Both the position numbers and the translations under genes were made by a program. Positions 18,201 through 30,904 of a DNA stretch of 64,000 nt are shown here, piece by piece. The stretch lies in NCBI GenBank assembly GCA_040386535.1, contig JAZKFH010000067.1:48204-112203 (forward strand), read 5' to 3'. Origin of the DNA: Myxococcota bacterium (GTDB lineage Bacteria; Myxococcota_A; UBA796; SXON01). Position 1 is the stretch's first letter; each line of letters starts with the position of its first letter. The notes beneath the pieces are model-generated. The model saw nothing but the letters and a program-made list of their open reading frames with translations, did no database searches and was not told the DNA's origin.

Positions 18201-18485
18201 ACTGGCGTCCCATAGCGTCAGCTCGCCGACGAACTCGCACGCGGCGAACATTCGGTCGCGCTGGCCGCCCCCGTATTCGGCGTCCTGATGCCTCTCGTTC
18301 AGGGGCCTTGGCCGGGCGTTCGCTTCCCATCGTCCACGTCCCGCCTGATCGGGCGCATGCGGCGCCGGGGCCCGCCCACCCGGGGGGCGGCAGCCAGGTC
18401 CGGCCCGCGCCCCCCGCCGCCGTGACGTTCGCGCCCCCGTACGACCGTGGTACGACCGCAGCCCGACCGGCATCGCCACACGCAG

Positions 18486-18525
18486 AAACGCCCGCCCCAG
18501 ATTTCTCCAGGGCGGGCGCTTCTTT
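18486..18525 (-). terminator. Hairpin terminator downstream of tRNA-Thr
   Basis: CGCCCGCCC...GGGCGGGCG stem immediately after the tRNA CCA. Confidence 0.65.
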
Positions 18526-18531
18526 ATCTGA

Positions 18532-18607
18532 TGGAGCCGAAGATCGGACTTGAACCGACGACCTGCTGATTACGAATCAGCTGCTCTACCAACTGAGCTA
18601 CCCCGGC
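18532..18607 (-). tRNA. tRNA-Thr (anticodon CGT)
   Basis: GCCGGGGTAGCTCAGTTGGTAGAGCAGCTGATTCGTAATCAGCAGGTCGTCGGTTCAAGTCCGATCTTCGGCTCCA: 76-nt cloverleaf with encoded CCA. Confidence 0.97.
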
Positions 18608-18617
18608 TCGCCGCTGC

Positions 18618-18646
18618 CTTCTAAACGGCCGCCGCGCTATCGTCAA
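18618..18646 (-). promoter_or_regulatory. Sigma70-like promoter for tRNA-Thr
   Basis: TTGACG-N17-TAGAAG followed by a GC-rich discriminator, 10 bp before the tRNA. Confidence 0.65.
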
Positions 18647-18650
18647 CTGT

Positions 18651-19343
18651 ATGTGGCCCTTCCTCGTCGCGTGTATGTCGCCCCCAGAGCCCGGCGTCGC
18701 GGTCCCGGCGCCGGCCGTCGCGCCGAGTCCGCCTCCCACCTGGATCCTGGTGGGGCGCGCCTCGTCCGACGGGCTCGACACCCCCACGCTCCCCGGCGGC
18801 GCCGCCCTGCTCGGCGCCGACTGCGCCACCATCAACACGGCCCTGCGCGGCCACGGCCCCCCCTGCTTCGTGGAGGAGTGGCGCGCCGACGGCGCTCCGG
18901 TCCGCGTCGAGCGCGCGGGCGCCCGCCTCCGTTTCAACCGGGTGCCCGGCCGCACGACGTGGACGCCCATCGGCGGCATCCTCGCGTCATGCCTCGGGGA
19001 TCCGCTCGCATTGCCCCCGGCGGACGATCCCGGCGCCCGCCGCACCCTCGAGAAGCGCACGTGGGTCATCACGCTGTCGGGCGAGAACCGTTGCGCGCTG
19101 GCCGGCACGCTGCGCCTCGAAACGACGCGCGATCGCGCGGACTGGGACGGCATCTCGGCCGAAGGCCTGCCGTGGAGCAAGGGCGGGCGCGAAGCGGCGC
19201 AGGTTCTCCTCCGCGCGGAGCTGCGCGCCTTGGTGGAGACACGCTGGAGCGAGCTCGACACGTTCGCACGCGAAGAAGCGCGCCAGGCGCTGATGGCGGA
19301 CCCTCACCCCGATGCCCAGCGCTTGCTCGACGCGCACCCTTGA
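18651..19343 (+). CDS. Hypothetical protein, possible lipoprotein
   Basis: 230-aa ORF, short hydrophobic start ending LVAC, high GC3. Confidence 0.65.
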   Translation: MWPFLVACMSPPEPGVAVPAPAVAPSPPPTWILVGRASSDGLDTPTLPGGAALLGADCATINTALRGHGPPCFVEEWRADGAPVRVERAGARLRFNRVPGRTTWTPIGGILASCLGDPLALPPADDPGARRTLEKRTWVITLSGENRCALAGTLRLETTRDRADWDGISAEGLPWSKGGREAAQVLLRAELRALVETRWSELDTFAREEARQALMADPHPDAQRLLDAHP

Positions 19344-19375
19344 GGCCGCGGCTCACCACCACGCACGCCGGGGGT

Positions 19376-19422
19376 CCAGGGGGCCCCGCCCCCTGGTGGG
19401 GCGTTGCGGGGTGAAACCCCGC
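19376..19422. repeat. Tandem GC hairpins (REP-like/terminator) between convergent genes
   Basis: CCAGGGGGC-ccc-GCCCCCTGG and GCGGGGT-gaa-ACCCCGC. Confidence 0.55.
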
Positions 19423-19433
19423 CCCAAGCACCC

Positions 19434-20723
19434 CTACCGCTCGACGAACCGCGTGAGGTGCGCGCGATCGACGCTGTCGAGCACCGGGGGCTCGACGTGG
19501 TGGCGCAACAACGCGCGGAGCGTGGGGCGCTCGGGGAGGAGGAGACCTTCGAGGTAGGCGGTCTCGGCGGCGAGCTCGAGCGGCGCGTGCAGGCCCGCGC
19601 GGCCGACCGGCACCAGCTCGAGATCTTCGAGCGCGATGAGGTACCGCCGCATCCGGACGAGGTGCGTGCCGGTCCAGCTGGGGTGGTGGTCGCGGATGCG
19701 TTGGACGCGAGCGCCGTCGGCCGAGGCGCCGGCGATGCCGATGGCCGCGAGCGAATCGACCGTGCGGGCCGCGACGACAGCGTCGTCCGCGAGCCAGAGG
19801 GGATCGCCCTCGTCGAGCGCGTAGTGCACGCACAGCCACCCGTCCAGCGCGGCGCAGCCCGGGATCGCGGCGGGGCGCATGATCCGGTAGAAGGGGGCGC
19901 CGCCGAGCACGTGGGTCTCGACGGGGAGGTCCGCTCCGTTCTGGGGGCCGCGGACGAGCACCTGGAGAGCGTTTCGCGCGGTCAGGAACCCCACGTCGTT
20001 CACCAGGGACGGCGTGGCGGCGTCACCGAGCCACGCGGCGACCCGACGCGGCGCGATGTCGAGGAACACCTCGCCGGTGAAGATGCCGTCGTCCGTGTCG
20101 ACCTGGCCGCCCTGCACCGAGCGGATCACGACGTCGGTGCGCACGTCGAAGCCGGTGGTCGCGAGGGTGGGGCCGCCCGCGGGCGCGTAGACGGGCCCCT
20201 CGGCGACCGTGCCGTGGAACACGCGCGCGACGTTGCACGAGATCTCGCCGGGGGGGCCGAAACGCGCCTGGCAATAGGCCGCGTAGAAGCGCTCGAAGAC
20301 GGGCTCGCCGAAGCGCTGCGCCACCCAGTCGCGGTAGGTGCGCAGCTCGCTGCCGCCGCCGATGATCTTGCGGAGCTCGATGGTGCCGCGCGTGCGCCCC
20401 CACGCCATCGCGGCGGAGGCCGCCTGGGTCGCGGGGACGAGGCGCGCGATCTCGGCGCGGCCGAGCGGGAGGAGGTGGGTGCGCCCGTCGATGTGGATGC
20501 CCCGATCCAGGCCCTCGACCGGGCGCATGGGCCCGTAGAGCTGCTCGGCGAGCGGGCCGACCGCGGGGGTGACGCCGCGCGAGAGCGGGATGTCCGGATG
20601 GGCGTAGCCACCGACGTGGGGCCCCTCCTGGAGGAGGGTGACCCGGCGCCCCGACAGAGCCAGCGCCGCCGCCGCGCGCATACCGCCCGGCCCACCACCG
20701 ACTACGACCGCATCCTCCGCCAT
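19434..20723 (-). CDS. FAD-dependent oxidoreductase (protoporphyrinogen oxidase/amine oxidase-like)
   Basis: VVVGGGPGGMRAAAAL...VTLLQEGPHVGG dinucleotide fold; WVAQRFGE; VGRAG. Confidence 0.75.
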   Translation of the reverse strand: MAEDAVVVGGGPGGMRAAAALALSGRRVTLLQEGPHVGGYAHPDIPLSRGVTPAVGPLAEQLYGPMRPVEGLDRGIHIDGRTHLLPLGRAEIARLVPATQAASAAMAWGRTRGTIELRKIIGGGSELRTYRDWVAQRFGEPVFERFYAAYCQARFGPPGEISCNVARVFHGTVAEGPVYAPAGGPTLATTGFDVRTDVVIRSVQGGQVDTDDGIFTGEVFLDIAPRRVAAWLGDAATPSLVNDVGFLTARNALQVLVRGPQNGADLPVETHVLGGAPFYRIMRPAAIPGCAALDGWLCVHYALDEGDPLWLADDAVVAARTVDSLAAIGIAGASADGARVQRIRDHHPSWTGTHLVRMRRYLIALEDLELVPVGRAGLHAPLELAAETAYLEGLLLPERPTLRALLRHHVEPPVLDSVDRAHLTRFVER

Positions 20724-20827
20724 CACCACTCCCGTCACGCCGGTCACCAGGGTGCGGTACCGGACGCGCGCACGGGCGGATAACCCGGAAACGCTCGGGA
20801 TCGGAACCCGACGCACCGGAGGATTCC

Positions 20828-21256
20828 ATGTCCATGCCCCCGCCCGGCCCCGCCGCCACCGTCGACGCCCTGATCGAGCGGGACGGCGCCATCGTGCTGG
20901 TTCGCCGTCGCTACGAGCCGCTGGGCTGGGCGCTGCCCGGCGGGTTCGTCGACCCGGGCGAGAAGGTGGGCGACGCGGCGGTGCGCGAGGCGAAGGAGGA
21001 GACGGGCCTCGACATCACGCTCGGCGCGCTGATGCACGTCTACTCGGACCCGCGCCGGGACCCGCGCCGACCCACGCTCTCGGTGGTGTTCACCGCGACG
21101 GGATCAGGCGAGATCGTCGCCGGGGACGACGCGGGGGACGCGCGGTGGTTCCCCCTCGACGCCCTCCCCTCCCCCATCGTGTTCGATCACGCCGCGATCA
21201 TCGCCGACTACGTCCGCTTCCGGACCACCGGCGTCCGTCCCGATCCGAACGTATAG
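20828..21256 (+). CDS. Nudix hydrolase
   Basis: Nudix box PGGFVDPGEKVGDAAVREAKEETG; YSDPRRDPR; AGDDA. Confidence 0.93.
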   Translation: MSMPPPGPAATVDALIERDGAIVLVRRRYEPLGWALPGGFVDPGEKVGDAAVREAKEETGLDITLGALMHVYSDPRRDPRRPTLSVVFTATGSGEIVAGDDAGDARWFPLDALPSPIVFDHAAIIADYVRFRTTGVRPDPNV

Positions 21257-21751
21257 GGCCACGGCGGTATCGCCGTAGGTGCGCGTGCGATCGAGCGTGA
21301 AGCCCGGCACGTTCTCGGGCCACTCAACGGGGGCGCGGGCCTCGGCGACGAGGACCCGCTGGCACAGCGGCGCCGCGCGCAACAACCACGGGCGGATGGG
21401 CTCCTTGAAGGGCGGGTCGAGGTAGACGAGGTCGGCCGGCGGGCGCGGATTGGTCGCGTCCCCTGAGACCACGCGCACGTCCGCCCCCAGCGCCGCGACG
21501 TTCGCGCGGATGCAGGCCAACGATGCCGCGTTGCGATCCACGACCGTGACGGGCGAGGCGCCGCGCGAGGCCGCCTCGATCGCGATGAGGCCCGTGCCGC
21601 CGAACAGATCGAGCACCGACCATCCCTCCAGGTCCTGCCCGACCATCGAGAAGACGGCCTCGCGGACGCGAACGGCGGTGGGGCGGACGTTCGGGGGTAC
21701 GGGCGCGGAGAGGACCCGCCCACGCAGGACGCCCCCGGTGATCTTGATCAT
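21104..21751 (-). CDS. rsmD: 16S rRNA m2G966 methyltransferase RsmD family
   Basis: MIKITGG, VRPT..RVREAVF, LDLFGGTG, EAASRGA, LDPPF, RTYGDT. Confidence 0.85.
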   Translation of the reverse strand: MIKITGGVLRGRVLSAPVPPNVRPTAVRVREAVFSMVGQDLEGWSVLDLFGGTGLIAIEAASRGASPVTVVDRNAASLACIRANVAALGADVRVVSGDATNPRPPADLVYLDPPFKEPIRPWLLRAAPLCQRVLVAEARAPVEWPENVPGFTLDRTRTYGDTAVALYVRIGTDAGGPEADVVGDDRGVIEHDGGGEGVEGEPPRVPRVVPGDDLA

Positions 21752-22212
21752 CGCGGCCTCGGCGGGAGAGTGACCTTGCCCGGTGTCGGCATCGACGCCG
21801 CGAGGGTCCAGGAGCACTGGCCGTCGTGGCAGCCGCAGGTCTCGAGCGCCGCGAAGCACGGCAGGATCTCGCAGGTGCCCATCACCTCGGTGGCCACCGC
21901 GGCCGCGACGCAGATCTCCTGCGAGCATCCCGTCTTGGCGCAATCGGCGTCCGTGGTGCACTCGCCCGGCGTCTGCACGCCCTCGACGCGCTCCTTGCAG
22001 CCCAGGTACGCCTCGGCCGGCGTCTGCGGGAGGCCGCCGATCGGGAGCGTCGTGGCCGTGCCGTCGATCGGCGCGGCTCCGCCGTCGATCGGCGCGGTCC
22101 CGCCCTCGACCGGCGCGGCGCCGCCGTCCACGACAGAGGGCGGGGAATCGGCGACCGGGAGCTCCGCGGCGGACCGGGGACCGGAACAAGCGAGGATGAG
22201 CGCCAGGATCAC
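21748..22212 (-). CDS. Lipoprotein with an eight-cysteine-cluster-type domain
   Basis: ILALILAC lipobox; CTTDADC..TGCSQEIC...TC...C...CGC..GQCSW. Confidence 0.7.
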   Translation of the reverse strand: MILALILACSGPRSAAELPVADSPPSVVDGGAAPVEGGTAPIDGGAAPIDGTATTLPIGGLPQTPAEAYLGCKERVEGVQTPGECTTDADCAKTGCSQEICVAAAVATEVMGTCEILPCFAALETCGCHDGQCSWTLAASMPTPGKVTLPPRPR

Positions 22213-22372
22213 GAGGTCGGCTCCATGCGGTGGCTACGTGCCGGGGCGCCGGCGACACGACCGGCGGCGGAACGGCGGATCCCTACCACGTCGAACACGC
22301 GGCGCGGGGCCCGGGATCCGCGTGCACGTGGCCTCCGGCCCGTGAGCTATGCTCCCCGCGCACGGAGCCCCC

Positions 22373-22564
22373 ATGTTCAAGCTCGACGCCGCCGCCGCGG
22401 CCGCCATCATCGCCGAAGAGGACGCCCTCGCGACCCTCCGCAACCACTCGATCGAGAGCGTCCTGTCGAGCATCGAGGACATCGACTCGATCGACGACGA
22501 AGAAGCGGCGTTCAACGCCCTGATGGAAGCCATGTACGCCTTGCGGCCGCAAGGTTACCTGTAG
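22373..22564 (+). CDS. Small acidic hypothetical protein
   Basis: GGAG RBS; 63 aa with strong GC3 bias. Confidence 0.6.
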   Translation: MFKLDAAAAAAIIAEEDALATLRNHSIESVLSSIEDIDSIDDEEAAFNALMEAMYALRPQGYL

Positions 22565-22565
22565 G

Positions 22566-23597
22566 ATGATGCTGCCGCTCCTGACGATGTCGCTCCTCGC
22601 GTGCGCGCCCGGCGACCCCGAGCTGTTCCTGACCGGCTGGAACTACGAGTGGGAGGAGCTCTCCCACCGCGTGGCCTTCGTCCGGATCGGGGTCGAGGAG
22701 GACTCGAGCCTCGCGCTCGGCCTGATCGGGGGCGACTGGTCCACCGGCGCCGCCTTCGTCGACGTGCCGCACTACCGGGTGCGGTACCAGCGCGTCGTCG
22801 GCGCAGGCATCCGCGTCGTGCGCGGCACCGCCACGCTCCAGGTCGGGCCGGGGCCCGAGGGCTCCACCACCCTCGTGGTGGACGGGACCGACCTTCCCGC
22901 GAACGCCGATCTCGTCGCCGTGATCGACGGCTTCTCGATCGACACCGACCTGCCGCAGTCGGCCGAATACCCCGCGGAGTACGACGCGGCGTATGGCTAC
23001 GCGAGCCAGGGGTTCGGCCTCGCCCTGGGTGACCCGGAGCGGGACGGCACGGACGTCCACATCCCGGTCGACGCGACGATCCGGTGGGGTCCGCAGGACC
23101 GGGAGGACATGAACGCGGCGATCCCGTACGCGGTCACCGCGGTCACGGTCGACGTGGCGCTGATCGCCTTCACCGGCGCCCTCGACGTGTTGCCCGTCTC
23201 CGGCGCGCGCCCCTACGAGTTCCAGGAGCGGCCGTACACCGACCAGCCGCCGATGGAGATCCCCGCGCGGTTCGAGGGGGGGGCGCGCGAGGGCTTCGTG
23301 GCGTGGCGGAGCTTCGATCTCCAGCTCAACCTCGAGGGAGTGGACGCCGGGCAGGGCGACTACCTCCGGGCGTTCGGCGCCGAGGTGGTGCCGACCGCCT
23401 CGGAGCCCGCCGGCTGGGAGGGGCTGGTCACCGCGACGATGAGCACCTCGTCGCTGTCCGAGTTCTCGGACCCCTCCGCCGGGTTCTCGGGCGAGCTCGT
23501 GCGCATCGGCGCGCGCGACGTCGTGGCCGAGCACTGGGTGGTGTCGGGGCAGCACCCCACTGGCTACGCGCTGACCGGGCCGACACTCGCGGACTAG
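22566..23597 (+). CDS. Hypothetical lipoprotein
   Basis: Signal peptide ending SLLAC; beta-rich 343-aa ORF. Confidence 0.75.
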   Translation: MMLPLLTMSLLACAPGDPELFLTGWNYEWEELSHRVAFVRIGVEEDSSLALGLIGGDWSTGAAFVDVPHYRVRYQRVVGAGIRVVRGTATLQVGPGPEGSTTLVVDGTDLPANADLVAVIDGFSIDTDLPQSAEYPAEYDAAYGYASQGFGLALGDPERDGTDVHIPVDATIRWGPQDREDMNAAIPYAVTAVTVDVALIAFTGALDVLPVSGARPYEFQERPYTDQPPMEIPARFEGGAREGFVAWRSFDLQLNLEGVDAGQGDYLRAFGAEVVPTASEPAGWEGLVTATMSTSSLSEFSDPSAGFSGELVRIGARDVVAEHWVVSGQHPTGYALTGPTLAD

Positions 23598-23660
23598 CCC
23601 GTGGTCAGTTGCCCCCCCCATGCACCCCGGTTAGAGGTCGCCTCTTTTCCGGAGTCACCC

Positions 23661-24176
23661 ATGTACCGTGCACTGTTGTTGACCGTGTTCCTCGCCGCTT
23701 GTGGCGGTGAAGAGAAGAAGGCCGAGGTCCCCGCCCCGGCGCCCGCCCCCGCAGCGCCCGCCCCGGCGCCCGCCCCCGCGGCCCCGGCCGCCGGCACCGC
23801 CCAGTCCGGCCCCTACACCCCCGATCCGCTCGCGCAGGCCGCCTACGAGAAGGCCAAGGCCGCCGGCGCCGACGCGAAGACCAACCCCAAGAAGGGGGAC
23901 GCCACGGCGATCGCGGCGGGCAAGGCCCTGTACGACGCCAAATGCGTGATCTGCCACGGCGCGACCGGCCTGGGCGACGGCGTCGCGGGCACCGCCCTCC
24001 CCCAGAAGCCCTCCAACTTCCATTGGAAGGAGCGCTGGGACCACACGTCCGACGGCGTGAAGCACTGGGTCCTGCTCAACGGCATCCAGGGCACGGGCAT
24101 GGCGCCCCTCGGCCTGACCGAGGACCAGGCGTGGGAAGTGGTGGCCTACCTCGACTCCGAGTTCGCCGGAAAGTAG
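23661..24176 (+). CDS. Monoheme cytochrome c lipoprotein
   Basis: FLAAC lipobox, PA-rich linker, CVICH, GTGM axial Met. Confidence 0.9.
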   Translation: MYRALLLTVFLAACGGEEKKAEVPAPAPAPAAPAPAPAPAAPAAGTAQSGPYTPDPLAQAAYEKAKAAGADAKTNPKKGDATAIAAGKALYDAKCVICHGATGLGDGVAGTALPQKPSNFHWKERWDHTSDGVKHWVLLNGIQGTGMAPLGLTEDQAWEVVAYLDSEFAGK

Positions 24177-24526
24177 CCCTCCTCGAGGGCTCCTCGCGCG
24201 GCCGCCGGCTCACCCGGCGGCCGTCGCTCGTTTTGTGGGGAGGCCCCTCCGACGCGCCCCCCGAGCGCCTCCCGTGCGCCTCCGCGCCTGCCGCGAAGGG
24301 AGGCGCACCACGCCTGCACCGGCACGCTCGCCGGAGCCCGTCAGGAAGCGTCACGAGACGAATGAGATGCCCGCTGCCTTTTCCGCACGGGGCCCGTCGG
24401 ACTGACGCAGCGCCCCTTGTTCGCGGTCCAGCGCTGCATTAGGGTGCGGCCCCCGAAGCCCCCGCTACCCGGCCCCCTGGGCCCCCCATCACCGAACGCG
24501 TTCCACGCCATCCGGCCGGAGGATGC

Positions 24527-25177
24527 ATGCGCAACTTGCCAGGAACCGCCCTGGTGCTCGCCGCAATCAGCGGAGCTGTACTCGGCTCCACCGGCTGCGC
24601 CACCGAGGCCGATACCGCGGCCGAGGCGGCGTTCACGCGAGGCACCAAGAACCTGTTCCCGCCCGAGCTCTTCGACAAGGAGCTGGTGGTCGCCGTCGGC
24701 CAACCGCTCGAAGAAGCCATCGAGCAGCCGATCGCCTTCCCGCACAGCACGCACGTGCAGACGCTCGGGATGGACTGTCAATACTGCCACTCGAGCGCCC
24801 GCAAGGGCATCCACGCCGGCGTGCCTCCCACGCAGCTCTGCATGGGGTGCCACAACCTCGTGCCGACCGAAGGGCGCCCGGAGCTCGACAAGCTGAAGGA
24901 CTTCTACGCGCGGAACGAGCCCATTCCCTGGGTGAAGGTCCACGATCTGCCGGACTTCGTGTACTTCAGCCACAAGCGCCACGTCACGGGCGGGGTGCAG
25001 TGCCAGGAGTGCCACGGGCAGGTGCAGGAGATGGGCGTCGCACAACGCGTCGCCACCCTGGAGATGGGCTGGTGCCTCGACTGCCACGCGCAGCACGACA
25101 GCATCGACGAGAACTACGGCACCAAAGCGGAACTTCGGCGTGCAGAGCTGAAGGACTGCTACACCTGCCACAAGTAG
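24527..25177 (+). CDS. actA: Alternative complex III pentaheme cytochrome c
   Basis: Five CxxCH (CQYCH, CMGCH, CQECH, CLDCH, CYTCH); QPIAFPH; LPDFVYFSH; MGWC. Confidence 0.9.
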   Translation: MRNLPGTALVLAAISGAVLGSTGCATEADTAAEAAFTRGTKNLFPPELFDKELVVAVGQPLEEAIEQPIAFPHSTHVQTLGMDCQYCHSSARKGIHAGVPPTQLCMGCHNLVPTEGRPELDKLKDFYARNEPIPWVKVHDLPDFVYFSHKRHVTGGVQCQECHGQVQEMGVAQRVATLEMGWCLDCHAQHDSIDENYGTKAELRRAELKDCYTCHK

Positions 25178-25190
25178 GCGGAGCGGCGAC

Positions 25191-28345
<3,155 letters not shown>

Positions 28346-28349
<4 letters not shown>

Positions 28350-29680
28350 TGAAAGGCCCCACCTACAGCTCGGTCAACCGGGACGTCCTCGCCCCGCTCT
28401 TCACGCCAAGCGCCGCGTACATGGGCGCGCTCAGCCTCGCCCTCGCGGCGCTCGCCTGGGGCGGGTACTGCTGGGCCATCCAGCTCATCAACGGCCTCGG
28501 GGTCGCCGGGTACCGCCCGCCGGTCTTCTGGGGCGTGTACATCACGACCTTCGTGTTCTGGGTCGGTATCGGGCACGCGGGAACGCTGATCTCCGCGGTG
28601 CTCTTCCTGACTCGCTCGCGCTGGCGCACCGGCATCTACCGCGCCGCCGAGGCGATGACGATCTTCGCGGTCATGACCGCGGCGCTCTTCCCCGCCATCC
28701 ACGTCGGCCGCGCCTGGTACGCGTACTTCCTGTTCCCGTACCCCAACCAGCGGCAGCTCTGGGTCAACTTCAAGTCCCCGCTGATGTGGGACGTGTTCGC
28801 GGTGTCGACCTACTTCACCGTCTCCACGGTCTTCTTCTTCATCGGCCTCATCCCGGACATGGCCGCGGTGCGCGACTCGACGCGGGGCTTCACCTCGAAG
28901 CTGTACGGCGTGATGTGCCTCAACTGGCGCGGCACCGACCGCCAGTGGCGCCACTACATGGCCGCCTACGGGTTCTTCGCCGCCCTCGCCACGCCGCTCG
29001 TGCTCTCCGTGCACTCGGTCGTCTCCTGGGACTTCGCGATGGCGCAGACCCCCGGGTGGCACTCGACGATCTTCCCGCCCTACTTCGTCGCGGGCGCGAT
29101 CTTCTCGGGTTGCGCGATGGTCATCACGCTCATGTTGCCGCTCACGAAGGTCTTCAAGCTCGAAGACTACATCCACGTGTGGCACTTCGAGCACCTCGCG
29201 AAGCTCTGCCTCTTCACGGGCGGGATCCTCACCTACGCGTACGGCACCGAGTACTTCATCGCCTGGTACTCCGACAACATGTACGAGTGGGGCACCTTCG
29301 TCGACCGCGTGGTCGGCAACTACTGGTGGGTCTTCGCCACCATGGTGTTCTGCAACTGCATCGCGCCGCTGCCCTGGTACTTCAAGAAGGTCCGCACGAA
29401 CTACCTCTGGCTCTTCGTGATCAGCATCCTGATCAACGTCGGCATGTGGTTCGAGCGGTACAACATCATCGCCAGCTCGCTCGCCCATTCTTTCGACCCC
29501 GCCGGTTGGGTCTACTACGAGCCCACCTACATCGAGTGGGGCATCATGCTCGGCTCGTTCGGCTGGTTCTTCACCTGGTTCCTTCTCTTCGTGAAGATCA
29601 TGCCCTCCGTGGCGATCGCCGAAGTGAAAGAGCTGATGCGTCCGCCGCTCAAGTCCGATGAGGAGGTCGCCGCCAAATGA
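28346..29680 (+). CDS. actC: Alternative complex III subunit C (NrfD/PsrC family)
   Basis: FVFWVGIGHAGTLISA, HVGRAW, NFKSPLMWD, PLVLSVHSVVSWDFA, GMWFER. Confidence 0.95.
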
Positions 29681-30255
29681 GCGTCTCTGTTCCCGTCGAG
29701 GCCGCCGCTTCTGTGGCGCCCATCAAGGCGGTCTACAAGCATCTGGATTGCCTGGTCCAAGGCATCTCCGACCTCAAGCAGGCCGGGGTGCGGGACCTCC
29801 ACGTCCTGACCCCGTTCCCGCGGCACGAGGTCGAGGAGCTCCTCTACGAAGGCGAGCCCAGCCCCGTGCGCTGGTTCACCCTCGTGGGCGGCATCTTCGG
29901 CGCCACGATGGCCTTCACCATGACGGCGCTGATGTCGGCCAACTGGCCGATGATCATGCCGGGTGGGAAGCCGCTGGTCTCCATCCCGCCGTTCATCGTC
30001 ATCACGTTCGAGGGCACCATCCTCTGGGCGTCGATGTTCACGTTCGTCGGGCTCCTACTGCTCTGTCGCCTCCCCTCCCGGGGCCTCCCCAAGGAGGTCG
30101 AGGATCCGCGCTTCAGCAACGATCACTTCGGGATCGTCGTCGAGCGCGTGGGTGCCCAGGACGCGGCGAAGATCAAGTCCATCCTCGCCCACTCGGGCGC
30201 GATCGAAGTGACGGGCGGAGGCAGTGATGCCGCCCACGGAGCGCACCATGGCTAA
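29677..30255 (+). CDS. actD: Alternative complex III subunit D (DUF3341)
   Basis: TPFP, GGKP..SIPPFIVITFE, DPRFSNDHF; position in the operon. Confidence 0.9.
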   Translation: MSVSVPVEAAASVAPIKAVYKHLDCLVQGISDLKQAGVRDLHVLTPFPRHEVEELLYEGEPSPVRWFTLVGGIFGATMAFTMTALMSANWPMIMPGGKPLVSIPPFIVITFEGTILWASMFTFVGLLLLCRLPSRGLPKEVEDPRFSNDHFGIVVERVGAQDAAKIKSILAHSGAIEVTGGGSDAAHGAHHG

Positions 30256-30904
30256 ATCCCGCGTGCCTGAATCCGGGGGGGCTGATCCGCGCAAGCGTCG
30301 CCGCCTCGTGGTGGGGGCCGGCCTCCTGATCGCCGGGGTTGCCTGGGCGAGCCCCTGGGACATCGACATGGTCGACTCGTACGCCTCCAAGGCCTACGAG
30401 TGGAAGATGCGGCCGTTCCCGGTCGCCTCGGTGCAGCAGACGCCGTCCGGTCCCAAGACCCCCGGCGCCTACCAGACCGCGTACGTCGCCCCGGTGGACC
30501 GCGCGACCGAGGCCGACGCCCTGGTGAACCCCTACCCTGCCGACGCGGCGGCCCTCGCGGAGGGCAAGCGCCTGATGCAGGTGACCTGCGCGCCGTGCCA
30601 CGGCGTCGACGGCATCGGGGGTGGCCCGGTCACCCACAACGATCCGGCCAAGGACATCCGGCGCTTCCCGCTGCCGGCCCCCCTCCTTTCGGGCCCGGGC
30701 GCCGTCACGGCGGTCCGCTCCGACGGGTACCTCTACGCAACGATCCGCAACGGTGGCGCGTTGATGCCGGCCTACGGCATCAGCCTCACCGATCACGAAC
30801 GGTGGTCCATCGTGTCGTACATCCGTACGCTCGAAGGCGCTCAGCTCGCGCCCCCGACCCCCGCACCGACCGAGCAAGCGCCCACCGGGGGGACAGCAGG
30901 ATGA
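30248..30904 (+). CDS. actE: Alternative complex III monoheme cytochrome subunit E
   Basis: CAPCHG, NGGALMPAYG, RWSIVSYIR. Confidence 0.88.
   Translation: MAKSRVPESGGADPRKRRRLVVGAGLLIAGVAWASPWDIDMVDSYASKAYEWKMRPFPVASVQQTPSGPKTPGAYQTAYVAPVDRATEADALVNPYPADAAALAEGKRLMQVTCAPCHGVDGIGGGPVTHNDPAKDIRRFPLPAPLLSGPGAVTAVRSDGYLYATIRNGGALMPAYGISLTDHERWSIVSYIRTLEGAQLAPPTPAPTEQAPTGGTAG

Noticed and set aside
17200..18480. Integrase expected beside the tRNA
   Set aside because: No tyrosine or serine recombinase motifs seen in any frame
24177..24526. GC-rich hairpins upstream of actA as a riboswitch or ncRNA
   Set aside because: No recognisable family consensus; compatible with a terminator and promoter region
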